From NCBI GenBank assembly GCA_964468125.1, contig CAYXVF010000020.1, forward strand, positions 2,468-66,467: a DNA stretch of 64,000 nucleotides, given 5' to 3'. The DNA comes from an uncultured Bdellovibrionales bacterium (lineage in GTDB: Bacteria > Myxococcota > XYA12-FULL-58-9 > CAYXVF01). A program made the position numbers and the translations under genes. Every line of letters starts with the position of its first letter. Position 1 is the first letter of the stretch. A model generated the notes under the pieces. That model did not search any database. It was given only the letters and a program-made list of their open reading frames with translations, and was not told the DNA's origin. This document shows positions 20,976-31,828 of the stretch, piece by piece.

Positions 20976-21722
20976 ATGCACAAGCTCGTTCTACTTCGTC
21001 ACGGCCAAAGCGCCTGGAACCTCGAAAACCGCTTCACCGGTTGGACCGATGTGGACCTGACCGACCAAGGCCTCGCCGAGGCCAAGGAGGCCGCGCGTCT
21101 GCTACGCGAGGGCGGCTATCGCTTCGACATCGCCTTTACGTCGGTCTTAAAGCGCGCCATCCGTACCCTTTGGACCGTTCTCGATGAAATGCACATGATG
21201 TGGCTACCGGTCGAACGCCACTTCCGTTTGAACGAACGCCACTACGGTGACCTTCAGGGGCTGAACAAAGCAGAGATGGCGGAGAAGGCAGGCGAGGAGC
21301 AAGTCAAAATTTGGCGGCGCAGCTTTGACGTTCCTCCACCTCCCCTCGCCGATGGCGACGAACGCCTCCCGCACAACGACCCCCGTTACCGAGACATCGA
21401 CCCGGCGCTCCTGCCGCGCACCGAAGCACTGAAGCAAACCGTGGAGCGCGTTCTGCCGTTTTGGAACGACCGGATCCGGCCGCAGATCACCGCCGGTCGC
21501 AACGTGCTCATCTGCGCGCACGGCAACTCTCTGCGCGCCCTGGTCAAGCATCTCGACTCGATCAGCGACGAGGAAATCGTGTCCCTGAACATTCCCACCG
21601 GTGTCCCCCTGGTCTACGAGCTCGACGAAAAGCTCGCGCCCGTGAAGCACTACTACCTGGGTGACGCGGAGAAGGTGAAGGCCGCGGCCGAAGCGGTCGC
21701 CGCACAGGGCAAGTCGAAGTAG
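20976..21722 (+). CDS. gpmA: 2,3-bisphosphoglycerate-dependent phosphoglycerate mutase
   Basis: [30 protein letters not shown] and AHGNSLR. Confidence 0.98.
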   Translation: MHKLVLLRHGQSAWNLENRFTGWTDVDLTDQGLAEAKEAARLLREGGYRFDIAFTSVLKRAIRTLWTVLDEMHMMWLPVERHFRLNERHYGDLQGLNKAEMAEKAGEEQVKIWRRSFDVPPPPLADGDERLPHNDPRYRDIDPALLPRTEALKQTVERVLPFWNDRIRPQITAGRNVLICAHGNSLRALVKHLDSISDEEIVSLNIPTGVPLVYELDEKLAPVKHYYLGDAEKVKAAAEAVAAQGKSK

Positions 21723-21789
21723 CGGGTTTCTGTCCGAGGGGTCAGGGCCGCAGGTTCGCCCTTCGCGATGCCGGCTCCGGACTCCTCAG

Positions 21790-21814
21790 GAGGAACGGTT
21801 GGCCGACCGTCCTC
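21790..21814. terminator. Hairpin between convergent gpmA and hemolysin-family genes
   Basis: GAGG-A-ACGGT-TGGCCG-ACCGT-CCTC stem; no clear U-tract. Confidence 0.3.
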
Positions 21815-21823
21815 GCAGCTGTG

Positions 21824-23113
21824 TCAGCCTTCCGCTTCCTTTGCTTCTTCTTCCTCGTCTCGGGCGAAGACACTGAGTCGCGTGATGCGCGCGCCGGAGA
21901 CGTCGTTCACAACCAGCTCATAGCCTGGAACGGAAACCAGGTCCCCGCGACGCGGGGCGCGCCCGAGCGTATTGAACACGAGCCCGCCGAGCGTATCCCC
22001 TGGCTCCGCTGGCACGTCCCAGCTCGTTTCGCGATTGAAGTCCAAAACCTTCAGGCGTCCGATGGCTTCATAGGCGTCTTCACCGATGGGCTTGATCGCC
22101 TGCAGCTCCTCCGCGTCGAACTCGTCACGGATCTCGCCGACGAGCTCTTCTAGGATGTCCTCCTGGGTGACCAACCCCTCCGTCAGCCCAAATTCGTCCT
22201 TCACGATCGCCATGTGCAAGAAGCCGCGCTGCATGTCCGCGAGGAGGCGAAGAATCGGCTTGCGCTCCGGAACCCGGAGGACCGGCTTCAAGATGCTGTG
22301 CAGGTCCGTTCCGCCGCTGCGCTCGTGGGCGACGAGATCTTTCAGGTGGATGACCCCGACGATGTGGTCGATGTCGTTGCTGTAGACCGGGACGCGCGTG
22401 TAGCGCTCTTCGAGCATCTGGTCGAGGAGCTCCTCCGCGGTCAGCTCGATCGGGAAGGCCGCCATCTCCGCGCGGGAGATCATGATCTCGTCCACGGTCA
22501 TTTCCGCTGCGTCCGCGACCGCTCGAATGATCGAGACCGGCGTGTTCGAGTGGTCGTCCTCCGCGTTCTCATCGGGGATCGCGCTCTTGGCGAGCTCCAG
22601 GATTTCATCCGGCGACGGACGGAAGTCAGTGGCCGTTGTCCCGGTGATCATCCGGATCACGGGCTCTACGACCTTTCCGATCACGAAGTGCGCCGGCCGC
22701 AAGAGCTGATGCACCAGGTAGAGGGGAACCGCTACGAAGTAGGAGGCGCTCTTCGGGCTCCGTGCAGCGAGCGCTTTCGGCAACAGCTCGCTGAAGATCA
22801 GGACCACGATCGTCATCACGATCGTCGCGGCGATGACGCCCCGCTCGGGCCCGAGGAGCTGAATGGCCACGGCCGAAGCAACCGCGGAGCCGAGGATATT
22901 GACGACATTGTTGCCGAGCAAAATCGTGATCAGAAGACGCGACGTATTGCTGATCAAATCGCGCGCAGCGATCACGGACAGGCCGCGCGAGTTTTCGAGA
23001 TCCCGCTCGACCTCGTGCATGCGGAGGCGCATCAACGCCGTCTCGCTCCCGGAGAAGAACCCCGAGAGCACCAGACACGCGACGATGATGATGATTTCGG
23101 TGACGAGCTCCAT
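21824..23113 (-). CDS. Hemolysin-family/CNNM (DUF21-CBS-CorC) membrane protein
   Basis: SGFFSGSETA, ILLGNNVVN, FSELLPK, YTRVPVY, DEFG and EDILEELVGEIRDEFD motifs. Confidence 0.93.
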   Translation of the reverse strand: MELVTEIIIIVACLVLSGFFSGSETALMRLRMHEVERDLENSRGLSVIAARDLISNTSRLLITILLGNNVVNILGSAVASAVAIQLLGPERGVIAATIVMTIVVLIFSELLPKALAARSPKSASYFVAVPLYLVHQLLRPAHFVIGKVVEPVIRMITGTTATDFRPSPDEILELAKSAIPDENAEDDHSNTPVSIIRAVADAAEMTVDEIMISRAEMAAFPIELTAEELLDQMLEERYTRVPVYSNDIDHIVGVIHLKDLVAHERSGGTDLHSILKPVLRVPERKPILRLLADMQRGFLHMAIVKDEFGLTEGLVTQEDILEELVGEIRDEFDAEELQAIKPIGEDAYEAIGRLKVLDFNRETSWDVPAEPGDTLGGLVFNTLGRAPRRGDLVSVPGYELVVNDVSGARITRLSVFARDEEEEAKEAEG

Positions 23114-23241
23114 GCAGACTCGAGCCGTCCCTCACCCCTGAGTGCGGGGCCGACCCACACCCTTTCTGCCACGAGCGGGAGGGAACGAAAACCCACATTT
23201 ACGCGTAGCCAAGCCCTTCGCTTTGTGTTTGAGGGCGGGGC

Positions 23242-24306
23242 GTGAGCACGGAGATTTTGCCCCCCAGCGAGCGAGCCATTCGGGCGGCTGCCGAACGCCT
23301 CCGCGCTGGAGACGTCGTGGCGCTGCCGACCGAGACGGTCTACGGACTCGCAGGAATCGCCACCCGCGAGGAGGCGGTGGCGCGCATCTTCGAGGTAAAA
23401 GAACGGCCGTCATTCGACCCGTTGATCGTGCACGTGCCCGACCGGGCGCGCGGCCGACTCCAGGCGATGGTGGATGCGGGCTGGGTGGACCGTGGCCCCC
23501 TGGACCAAAACGCGCTCTCGCGCACGGAAACCCTCCTCGAGGCCTTTTGGCCTGGCCCTCTCACCCTCGTCTTGCCTGCGGGGCCGGTGATCCCAGGAAT
23601 CGTCACCAGCGGCCTGGACACGGTGGCCGTCCGCTCCCCGAATCATTCGGTCTTCCAGGCGGTCCTCGAGGCGGTCGGCGAGCCCTTGGCGGCTCCGAGC
23701 GCCAACCGATTTGGCCGGATCAGCCCGACCTGCGCCGGCGACGTGTTGGAAGAGCTCGCTGGGCGGATTCCGCTGATCATCGACGGCGGCCAAACCGTCG
23801 TCGGGGTCGAATCGACCATCGTCCGCGTCGAGCCCGATGGCGCGCTCACCCTCCTTCGCGCCGGCGGAACGGCCGTCGAAGCGGTCGAAGGGGCGTCAGG
23901 TTGCCATTTGCGCGGCGCTGATGCGCACGACGCGAGCGCTCCGGGACGCCTTCACTCCCACTACGCGCCTGGACACCGCATGTGCCCTCTGCCGGCCCGC
24001 GTCACCGAGCTCGACCGCACGACGGTCCTCGACTTGCTCGCCGACAGCGATCCGCGAGCACCGGTGGGGATCTTGGTGTTCGAGTCCCTGAGCGAACCGG
24101 AGCGCGAACGCGTGCGCGCCCTGTTCCAACGTCCAGTGGAGCTGCGCGAGCTCGGTGCCGATAGCGCCACCGCCGCCCGAGCGCTGTTTCGAAGCATGCG
24201 CGAGCTCGACCGCCTGCCCGAAGTGCACCTCTTTGCCGAACCGGTCACGCGGACCCACGACCTTTGGCCGGCGATCGCGGAGCGCTTGAGTAAAGCGATG
24301 GCGTGA
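23242..24306 (+). CDS. sua5: L-threonylcarbamoyladenylate synthase (Sua5 type)
   Basis: VALPTETVYGL, KERP, FWPGPLT, AAPSANRFG, ESTI and PG...HYAP motifs. Confidence 0.93.
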   Translation: MSTEILPPSERAIRAAAERLRAGDVVALPTETVYGLAGIATREEAVARIFEVKERPSFDPLIVHVPDRARGRLQAMVDAGWVDRGPLDQNALSRTETLLEAFWPGPLTLVLPAGPVIPGIVTSGLDTVAVRSPNHSVFQAVLEAVGEPLAAPSANRFGRISPTCAGDVLEELAGRIPLIIDGGQTVVGVESTIVRVEPDGALTLLRAGGTAVEAVEGASGCHLRGADAHDASAPGRLHSHYAPGHRMCPLPARVTELDRTTVLDLLADSDPRAPVGILVFESLSEPERERVRALFQRPVELRELGADSATAARALFRSMRELDRLPEVHLFAEPVTRTHDLWPAIAERLSKAMA

Positions 24307-24386
24307 GGCAGTGCATGTCCCCCCTTTCTAAGCGAGGAAACGATGTTATTTTCCCGCGACGTGAGACCCTGGAGTTGGAGAAGCCG

Positions 24387-26357
24387 TTGAAGTCCGCAGA
24401 AAAAGACATTCGGAAGTGGAGCGTTGCTGACAGTGCCGAGCTCTACCAGGTCAAGGCCTGGGGGCAGGAGTACTTCGGGATCAACCAGCGAGGCGCGCTC
24501 ACCGTTTCGAGCCCAGACGTCGACGGGGAAATCGACATCCTCACGCTCGTCAAGGACTTGGAACGACGCGGCTACGCGACCCCCCTCCTTCTGCGCTTCT
24601 CGGACATACTTCGCCACCGAGTGGCAAAGCTATCTGGCTCCTTCGCCAAAGCGATCGCCGAGTATGAATACAACGGACGCTATCGACCGGTCTTCCCGAT
24701 CAAAGTGAATCAACAGCGACAAGTCGTGGAAGAGTTGGTCCGCGTCGGGCACCAATTCGAGCTCGGGCTCGAGGCGGGCAGCAAACCGGAGCTGCTCGTC
24801 GCGCTCGCCATGAATGAAAACCAGAGCGGCCTGACCATCTGCAACGGTTACAAGGACGACGAGTACATAGAGATGGCGCTCTACGCGCAGAAGCTCGGTC
24901 GCGAGATCTACCTCGTAGTCGACCGCTGGGCCGAGATCGATCACATCATCAAGGTCAGTCAGCGGATGGGCATTCGGCCGCGGATCGGCGTTCGCGCACG
25001 CCTCTCCACCCGCGGTGCGGGCAAGTGGGTCGAGTCCACTGGCGACCGATCGAAGTTCGGACTGGCTCCAGCGGAGCTCGTGGCCGCAGTGGAGCGTCTC
25101 CGCGAAGCGGACATGCTCGACTGCCTGCAAATGCTGCACTTTCACATCGGCTCGCAGATCACCGCGATCCGAGCGATCAAGGACGCTCTTCGCGAGTCGA
25201 GCCAAATCTACGTGGAGCTCGCACGCCTCGGGGCGAACATGAGAATGGTCGACGTGGGGGGAGGTCTCGGTGTCGACTACGACGGCTCGCAGACCAACTT
25301 CCATTCGTCGATCAACTACACCACCCAGGAGTACGCCAACGACGTGGTGGCCGCGATCCAAGCGGCCTGCGACGAGCGCGAGTTGCCGCACCCTGACCTC
25401 GTGAGCGAATCGGGTCGCGCCCTCGCCGCCCACCACTCACTGTTGGTCTTCAAGGTCCTCGGGACCGATTCGCTGTGGGACAGTGCCCCGCCCCCGAAAT
25501 TCGTGCCGGACGATGCGCACGAGGTCCTCAAGGAGAGCTTTGAGGTCCACAAGAACATCAATCGAAAGAACTTTCTCGAAGCCTATCACGACGCCCTCGA
25601 GCTCAAGGAGCAGGCGGGGAATCTCTTCAAGCTAGGCTACCTCGATTTGAACGCGCGCGGCGATTGCGAACGCTTGTTCTGGTCGAGCTGCGCGAAGGTC
25701 CAAAAGATCGTCCAGGACCTCGACCACCTGCCCGAAGACCTCGAGGGGCTCGAGAAGGCGCTCTCGGACACCTATTATTGCAACTTCTCCGTGTTCCAAT
25801 CTGCGCCCGACCACTGGGCCGTGGACCAGCTCTTCCCCATCATGCCGCTCCACCGCCTCAACGAGCAGCCCCGGAGGCGAGGGATCCTGGCGGACCTGAC
25901 CTGTGACAGCGACGGCAAGGTCGACGAGTTCATCGATCTGCATGACGTGAAGAGCACCCTCGAGCTCCATGCGCTCAACGACGAGCCCTACTACCTCGGC
26001 ATGTTTCTCGTGGGTGCCTATCAGGAGATCCTCGGCGACCTTCACAACCTCTTCGGAGACACGAACGCGATCCAGGTTCGCATCGATGACAGTCCGCTCG
26101 GCTATCTCATCGACAACGTCGTCGAAGGCGACACGGTGAGCGAGGTTTTGGGCTACGTGCAGTATGAGAAGCCGGATCTGATGAGGCGTCTTCGCCACAT
26201 CACGGAGGAGGCGCTTCGCGAAGGTCGGATCGACATGAAGGAGTCGGCGCGGCTGCGCAAACGCTTCGAGAACGAGCTCTCCGGCTACACCTACCTGGAG
26301 ACCGAAGAAGAAGACGATCACCCGGAAGAGGACGTTCCCGAAGCCGCGGCACGATGA
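24387..26357 (+). CDS. speA: Biosynthetic arginine decarboxylase
   Basis: PVFPIKVNQ (PLP Lys), GLEAGSKPEL, HFHIGSQI, DVGGGLGVDYDG and DLTCDSDG motifs. The start is uncertain (TTG 24387 has GGAG upstream; the ORF is open from 24303). Confidence 0.96.
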   Translation: MKSAEKDIRKWSVADSAELYQVKAWGQEYFGINQRGALTVSSPDVDGEIDILTLVKDLERRGYATPLLLRFSDILRHRVAKLSGSFAKAIAEYEYNGRYRPVFPIKVNQQRQVVEELVRVGHQFELGLEAGSKPELLVALAMNENQSGLTICNGYKDDEYIEMALYAQKLGREIYLVVDRWAEIDHIIKVSQRMGIRPRIGVRARLSTRGAGKWVESTGDRSKFGLAPAELVAAVERLREADMLDCLQMLHFHIGSQITAIRAIKDALRESSQIYVELARLGANMRMVDVGGGLGVDYDGSQTNFHSSINYTTQEYANDVVAAIQAACDERELPHPDLVSESGRALAAHHSLLVFKVLGTDSLWDSAPPPKFVPDDAHEVLKESFEVHKNINRKNFLEAYHDALELKEQAGNLFKLGYLDLNARGDCERLFWSSCAKVQKIVQDLDHLPEDLEGLEKALSDTYYCNFSVFQSAPDHWAVDQLFPIMPLHRLNEQPRRRGILADLTCDSDGKVDEFIDLHDVKSTLELHALNDEPYYLGMFLVGAYQEILGDLHNLFGDTNAIQVRIDDSPLGYLIDNVVEGDTVSEVLGYVQYEKPDLMRRLRHITEEALREGRIDMKESARLRKRFENELSGYTYLETEEEDDHPEEDVPEAAAR

Positions 26358-27097
26358 TCGACGCGATGGCGCACCTCGAGGACCCTCGGGTAGAGGACCC
26401 GAGGCGTCTGCTCGAGCGGGCCTACCGCTGCGGCATCACCGACGTCATCAACGCCTCTTTTTCCCCAGAACGCACTTTGCCGCCGCTCGAGCGGACCGTT
26501 CGCGTCCACCGCTGCACCGGCTTGCATCCGATGGCAATCGCGCCAGCGTGCTGGCGCTCCCAGCTCGACGCCGTCACCGATGCGTGTCCCGATCACGTGG
26601 CGGTGGGTGAAATCGGCCTCGACGCCCGCGATGGGGCGCCGCCCCTCGACCTGCAGCGCGAGGTCTTCGAACATCAGCTCGCGATCGCACGGATCCAAGA
26701 GAAGCCGGTGATCATCCACTGTGTCCAGGCCTGGGGAGCGTTGCTGAATTGCCTAGAATCCTTCTGGCCACTCAAAGGCATCATCCACGGCTACGGCGGC
26801 TCACCGGAGCTCCTCGCGCGGGTGGCGAAGATCGGGCTGCTGCCGAGTTTTGGGGGCTCCGTGACGCACCCGCGCTTCAAGAAAGCGGTGGCGTCCGCCG
26901 TCGCCGCGGAGAGGTTCTGTATCGAGAGCGACACGCCGGATCATCCGCCGGCCGGCTGCGAACAGAGCGAGCCCGCGGAGCTGCCACGGGTAGTGGAGAC
27001 GCTGGCCCGCCTTCGGAACGAATCCGAGCGCTCGGTCGTCGATACGAGCCGAGATGCGGCGCTCTGGGTCTTCGGGATCGGGCGCGAACCGGAATAG
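26354..27097 (+). CDS. tatD: TatD family hydrolase
   Basis: GLHP, AVGEIGLD, PVIIHC, IIHGY and IESDTP motifs. Confidence 0.9.
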   Translation: MIDAMAHLEDPRVEDPRRLLERAYRCGITDVINASFSPERTLPPLERTVRVHRCTGLHPMAIAPACWRSQLDAVTDACPDHVAVGEIGLDARDGAPPLDLQREVFEHQLAIARIQEKPVIIHCVQAWGALLNCLESFWPLKGIIHGYGGSPELLARVAKIGLLPSFGGSVTHPRFKKAVASAVAAERFCIESDTPDHPPAGCEQSEPAELPRVVETLARLRNESERSVVDTSRDAALWVFGIGREPE

Positions 27098-27185
27098 ATC
27101 GCTGAAATTCCTGGTTTTTTTCTTTTTTGCGATCGAGTCGGGAGGTTGCTCCCCCTGGCGCGTCGTGAACATTATCTTCTCGCCG

Positions 27186-29408
27186 ATGGCCCGTGACCGA
27201 AAAGCCCTGCGCCCCCTCATCGCCGACGGCATCGCGCCGGAGCGCGCGTTGGGAATCGGCATGAATCTCGCGCTGGTAGTCGGAAGCCTACACTCACGGG
27301 GCCGGATTCACGGCTCACTGCATCCTGGGATGATCACGGTCGGAGACGACGACACGGTCGCACTCGACGACGGCAGCGACGAGCTCGATCCCACGCTCGC
27401 AGTCCTCGAGGAGCTCGCGGGCCACCGCGCGGATGCGGACACACCTCTCGACCGACTCGCCTACCAGAGTCCGGAACAGCTCAGGGGCACAGCCCCGCAG
27501 CCAACTAGCGATGTGTTCAGCGTTGGGTGCATTCTTTACGAGATGGTCACCGGCAGACCGCCATTCAGCGGTGAGACGCGGGAGGCCTTGATCGCGGACG
27601 TGTCGCTCGCCTCGCCTGTGGACGTGCTCGAACTCGCCCCTCAGGTCTCTCGAGCCTTCGCTCGCGCGATTCACTCCTGCCTCGAGCTACGACCGAGCGA
27701 CCGCTTCGCCTCCCTCGACGCTCTCGCAGACGAGCTGCAAGGAGTCACGGGACCGCGGGCCAAGCACCGAACCACGGTCAAGACCCAGCCCGTGTCGAGC
27801 ACGCTCGTTAGCGAACCAGACGCCTTCGACGACGTACCAGATGACCTGCTCCCCTCCGCCCGCCCAGACACCTTCTCGCCCGCGGAGACCGCCCCGCCGC
27901 CGGCGCCCGTCGCTGCCTCCGTTCCGAGCCGTCTGCGCTTGGCTGTCTTTGCTCTCGCATTGCTAGCCGTGGCGTCGGTCTCCGTTGCCGTCTACCTCGG
28001 GACGCGAGGACCGCCCGTGGCTCCTGCCGTGGCCGTGGACAGCGATACGCTCCTCGTCGTTCCCATGGAAGTTCGTGGGGAGAACAGCGGCGCGGATTAT
28101 CTCGGGCGCGCCTTTGCGGAAGCCATCGCCATCAATCTGGCTCTGGATGGGACACTCAAAGTCCTTCCGGTGCCGACGGAGGACGAGCTCACGAAGGTTG
28201 GCTCCCTGCAGCGCGCGACCCTCGCCCGCAAGACCGGAGCTGGCAAGCTCATCACCGGCTCGATCACACGCACCCCGGATCGCTTGAGCGCATCTCTGAG
28301 CTTGGTCGATACGGCAGAGAATCGAATTCTCTGGGGCGCGACCGAGCTCGCCGGTGAGTCGGACTACACCCAGCTCGCGGTCACGCTCGTTCGTCGCTTG
28401 GGCGAGCATTTGGGGTCCGATTTCCCGCAGATGTACGACTACATCACGAACCTCACGGGCGGACCGGCGATGGCCGCTTCGCCCACGACCGCGGCGGTGA
28501 TCGCGGCGCTGCGCGACGGCAACATCGAATCGGCGGTGACGAAGACCGAGGCCTTGATCACCGCCTTCCCAGAGGAGCCGGACGCTTGGGCCCTGCGCGC
28601 GCACTCGCTCCTCCTGAACTGGGATGCACGCCCCTCCACGCAGAACATGGAGCGGCTGGAGAATGCACTGAAGCGCCTGCGCCGGATCGATCCGCGCTCA
28701 CCCTACGATACCTTCTACCGCGGCTACGTGGCGCAGCGACGCGGGGACCGCCGCGACGCGGTCCTCACCTACAGCTCGATCCTCGAGCGCGACGATCTGT
28801 CTCCGAGAGCGCGCGCCTGGGTCCTGAAATACCGCGCCAACGTAGAGCAGGAGCTCGACAACGACACCGCAGCGCTCGAAGACCTGCAGGAAGCGTTGCG
28901 GGCAGACCCGGCCAATCCCTGGACCCTCGCGATATTGAGCGAAACGCTGCGCAACGCCGGGCGCCTGGAGGAAGCGCTCGTCCGTGGGCGCCAGGCGGTC
29001 AATCTCGCCCCCCGCTTCTGGCGCAACCATCAATCCGTCGGACTCGCGCTCTCGGAGCTCGGCCGCTTCGATGAATCCGCCGTCTCCTTCGCGAAGGCCT
29101 GTGAGCTGAGCGGCGCCCAGAGCCCCTGCGCCCTCACAGCGATTAGCCTCTGGCGCACCGGCGACACCGATGCGGCCGAGACAGCCGCCGCACACGCCGA
29201 AACCCTCTCTCCGCGGCCTTGGGGACTCTACAATCTCGCGTGCTTCCACGCGCTCTCCGGCGAGCGAAATCGCTCGATGGAGCTGCTCGAGGGTGCCGCG
29301 GAGATCGGCCTCGTCTATGACCAGGTGGCGTCAGATGCCGATCTCGCGAGCCTGAAGGGTGATCCGCGCTTCGACGCCGTAGTGGCCAAGGTCGCACCCA
29401 AGAATTAG
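27186..29408 (+). CDS. Membrane pseudokinase with TolB-N-like domain and TPR repeats
   Basis: Kinase C-lobe motifs YQSPEQL, SDVFSVG..LYEMVTGRPPF and CL..RPSDR; degenerate catalytic loop HGSLHP; TM helix LAVFALALLAVASVSVAVYL; TPRs; C-terminal YNLACFHAL. Confidence 0.8.
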   Translation: MARDRKALRPLIADGIAPERALGIGMNLALVVGSLHSRGRIHGSLHPGMITVGDDDTVALDDGSDELDPTLAVLEELAGHRADADTPLDRLAYQSPEQLRGTAPQPTSDVFSVGCILYEMVTGRPPFSGETREALIADVSLASPVDVLELAPQVSRAFARAIHSCLELRPSDRFASLDALADELQGVTGPRAKHRTTVKTQPVSSTLVSEPDAFDDVPDDLLPSARPDTFSPAETAPPPAPVAASVPSRLRLAVFALALLAVASVSVAVYLGTRGPPVAPAVAVDSDTLLVVPMEVRGENSGADYLGRAFAEAIAINLALDGTLKVLPVPTEDELTKVGSLQRATLARKTGAGKLITGSITRTPDRLSASLSLVDTAENRILWGATELAGESDYTQLAVTLVRRLGEHLGSDFPQMYDYITNLTGGPAMAASPTTAAVIAALRDGNIESAVTKTEALITAFPEEPDAWALRAHSLLLNWDARPSTQNMERLENALKRLRRIDPRSPYDTFYRGYVAQRRGDRRDAVLTYSSILERDDLSPRARAWVLKYRANVEQELDNDTAALEDLQEALRADPANPWTLAILSETLRNAGRLEEALVRGRQAVNLAPRFWRNHQSVGLALSELGRFDESAVSFAKACELSGAQSPCALTAISLWRTGDTDAAETAAAHAETLSPRPWGLYNLACFHALSGERNRSMELLEGAAEIGLVYDQVASDADLASLKGDPRFDAVVAKVAPKN

Positions 29409-29498
29409 CGCGCGCTTTCTCAAGCTGCGCGAGCTCGGAGTCGAGCCGGGACTAACCTGCCACGAAGTGTCTGACGAGTCCTGACAAAGGACTGAGAG

Positions 29499-31031
29499 TC
29501 AACGACTCAGCAGCTTGCATGTCTCTTGGCTGTCCATACGGCGGCGGATGTCGCGTTCGAGTAGCCGAGGGAGCGCTCGTTCGTACCAACTCGTCGGACA
29601 TCCGGTTCGGCCCGACAAGTCATCGCCAAGACTGCTCAGTGATCGAGACGCCATCGCGACTCCGCGTTGATGACCGTCGGGTTCTCGCAAATCCACGTCG
29701 GCTCTCTCGATCAGCTGTCCGGTTCGGTCGAATGGGAGACATTTTTGCAGCCAATCGCTCAGGTCCGGGCACTGACTTCGGCTCGTGCTGTTTCCCTGAA
29801 ACAACGCCCTATTGATTTGAGTCAAGCCTCGTCTCCGGATCTTCGAGATTCCGTCGGGGCGACGACGTGCTGCCTCTAACGCCGTGCTGTCGATTGTAAT
29901 CGTGCCGAACACCTTGCCATCAACGACACGAGTACCTTCGAGCCAGATGAGCTCATCGTCATCGAGTGGGGCCGGGAGTTTTCCCCAAACACGCCGCTTT
30001 CGCGTACCTTCAGGACACTGCAGCCGAGCGTTCTCCATGCCCTCGGGAGGGGTACCCAGCGCAAGGGAATAGACAGTACCGTCGGGCGCCCAAAAATGGT
30101 CTACAATGCTGACACCACTCATGGTCGCCGCAGAGAATGTCTTGAGCGACCGAGTCCCCCCTGACTTCGCTTCGGATTGATGAAGGCTCCAGAACTTGCC
30201 GACCTCGTTGCGAGCGCGGTTGTCCGCGGCTTGCGTTGCGAGCGCTTCATTTTCCGTTGCTCCCATCGAGCCGACCGCGAGGATCTTCGAGTCCTCACCT
30301 GTCCTGCAATGAACGACTCCAATGAATGTCCAGGCAGGAAAGTCGGCTTCGACATGGGCGTATACGTAGACGTTACCAAGGGCCTGGGCGAGAGCCAGGG
30401 CGCCATCTGCTCGATTGCTCTCAGCGGAAGCCTCTTTGCCCATCGCAACTTTCAGTGTCTTTCGTTGGTCTGGCGGTAGGCTCTCGATCTCTGTCTGGAG
30501 GAAGAATGGAACTGGCCGCTCACTGACCTCTCCAAGCGAGCCAACACTCGATCCCAATCTGCTTCCCCGGTTTACGATGAGGGTGGGAGGTCCTAGCTCC
30601 ATCAAACGACGAAGCGCCTCATCCCTTGCTTTCCCACCGCTCGGTAGTTTGCCGTGGGCGTTTCGAAAGAATACCCGCGATTCGGACAGCACGAGCTCGG
30701 TCGGTGCATCGCGGGTCAACCAGTGAGATGCTGGAGAGCCCTTGCTTCCTCGTGCAATCGTCATGCGCAGGCTCGTGACCCCACAGGATTTCCACTCGCT
30801 CAGCAGTTCGGCGGCGAGCCCAAACCCCGACCTCGGCTCAAAATCGAGCTTCAGGTGGGGCACCGACCCATTGAGCTTCTTACACTGCCCCGGGGTGGGT
30901 GCGATGGGAAGAAAGGGTTCGCCGTCCAGGGTGAAAGCGCCGCGCTCGAACCCTCTCAACCAGTCACCGCTGATCACCGGAGCGTTCGTGCCACTGACGA
31001 TGAAAAGGCCCAGCAGAAGCTCGATCGTCAT
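29499..31031 (-). CDS. Hypothetical exported protein with an LPP20-like segment
   Basis: N-terminal hydrophobic stretch. ALATQAADNRARNEVGK...SGVSIVDHFWAPDGTVYSLA resembles LPP20-type lipoprotein domains. Confidence 0.6.
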   Translation of the reverse strand: MTIELLLGLFIVSGTNAPVISGDWLRGFERGAFTLDGEPFLPIAPTPGQCKKLNGSVPHLKLDFEPRSGFGLAAELLSEWKSCGVTSLRMTIARGSKGSPASHWLTRDAPTELVLSESRVFFRNAHGKLPSGGKARDEALRRLMELGPPTLIVNRGSRLGSSVGSLGEVSERPVPFFLQTEIESLPPDQRKTLKVAMGKEASAESNRADGALALAQALGNVYVYAHVEADFPAWTFIGVVHCRTGEDSKILAVGSMGATENEALATQAADNRARNEVGKFWSLHQSEAKSGGTRSLKTFSAATMSGVSIVDHFWAPDGTVYSLALGTPPEGMENARLQCPEGTRKRRVWGKLPAPLDDDELIWLEGTRVVDGKVFGTITIDSTALEAARRRPDGISKIRRRGLTQINRALFQGNSTSRSQCPDLSDWLQKCLPFDRTGQLIERADVDLREPDGHQRGVAMASRSLSSLGDDLSGRTGCPTSWYERALPRLLERDIRRRMDSQETCKLLSR

Positions 31032-31828
31032 CTACGAGTCCTATCCAGGGCACGCCGTTCGCGATGCCGTTGCAGCAGTTGTTCTCGTTGGCGGCTCGTT
31101 CCTGGATCGAGCACTTTCCCGAGAGAATAATCTGTCTCGACGCACTCCGTGTACTTGCGCGTCAATTCTCGCTGGTCTGGATCGAGACTTACTTCGATCC
31201 GCCTCTCGTCGAGATAGCTGAGCCGGAGAGTGACCACTCTGTTCCGGTTGTTGCGCTCCAACTTCCTGCAGCATCTACCGACCATCATGCTGTTCACGTA
31301 TTGAAACGGTGGCGCAGGGTCCGTGCCGCCCAACACGTCGACAAAGTCAGGTCGGTCGCAGCTAAACATGAGAACGAGGTCGAAATTCGACGAGCCACTG
31401 GGACCCGACGTGCGCGCGCCAGACACCGGTCGAATACGCATGCAGTTACCGACACAGCTCCCTGAGTTCACGTCATAGACGCGTAGCTTTGTCGGGATAC
31501 TCTGTGGCCGGTCCGTGCCCGCTGGGATCAAGAGGCTCTCTAGAATCTTAACCTGAATCCTTGAGGGGAACTCAAACGGTTGAGTCACGACCAAGGTGTT
31601 GAATCCACCGACTTCCATGAAATGGTCGACAGTGACGTCCTCCTTCGGACCTAAAGCTGTCTTGACTGCGTTGACCCATGTTTCGATGTCCTTCTCACTG
31701 ACCGCACGCAGCTTTCCCTGTCGAACCAACTGGGAGAGCGCCTCGATCTCGGGCGACGATGCGGCTCGCGCAGTCGTCGCGCTGGCGAACAACACGAGCA
31801 ATGCAGCCGAAATCCACCTTCCGTTCAT
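31028..31828 (-). CDS. Hypothetical secreted protein
   Basis: Signal peptide MNGRWISAALLVLFASATTARA; 4-bp overlaps with both neighbours. Confidence 0.65.
   Translation of the reverse strand: MNGRWISAALLVLFASATTARAASSPEIEALSQLVRQGKLRAVSEKDIETWVNAVKTALGPKEDVTVDHFMEVGGFNTLVVTQPFEFPSRIQVKILESLLIPAGTDRPQSIPTKLRVYDVNSGSCVGNCMRIRPVSGARTSGPSGSSNFDLVLMFSCDRPDFVDVLGGTDPAPPFQYVNSMMVGRCCRKLERNNRNRVVTLRLSYLDERRIEVSLDPDQRELTRKYTECVETDYSLGKVLDPGTSRQREQLLQRHRERRALDRTRR

Noticed and set aside
21723-21823. Possible SRP or other ncRNA between gpmA and the CNNM gene
   Set aside because: It lacks the SRP domain IV consensus; only a simple hairpin is seen
26354-26380. TatD N-terminal motif reads DAMAH rather than DxHxH
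   Set aside because: It is a single substitution in a variable family and the other motifs are intact
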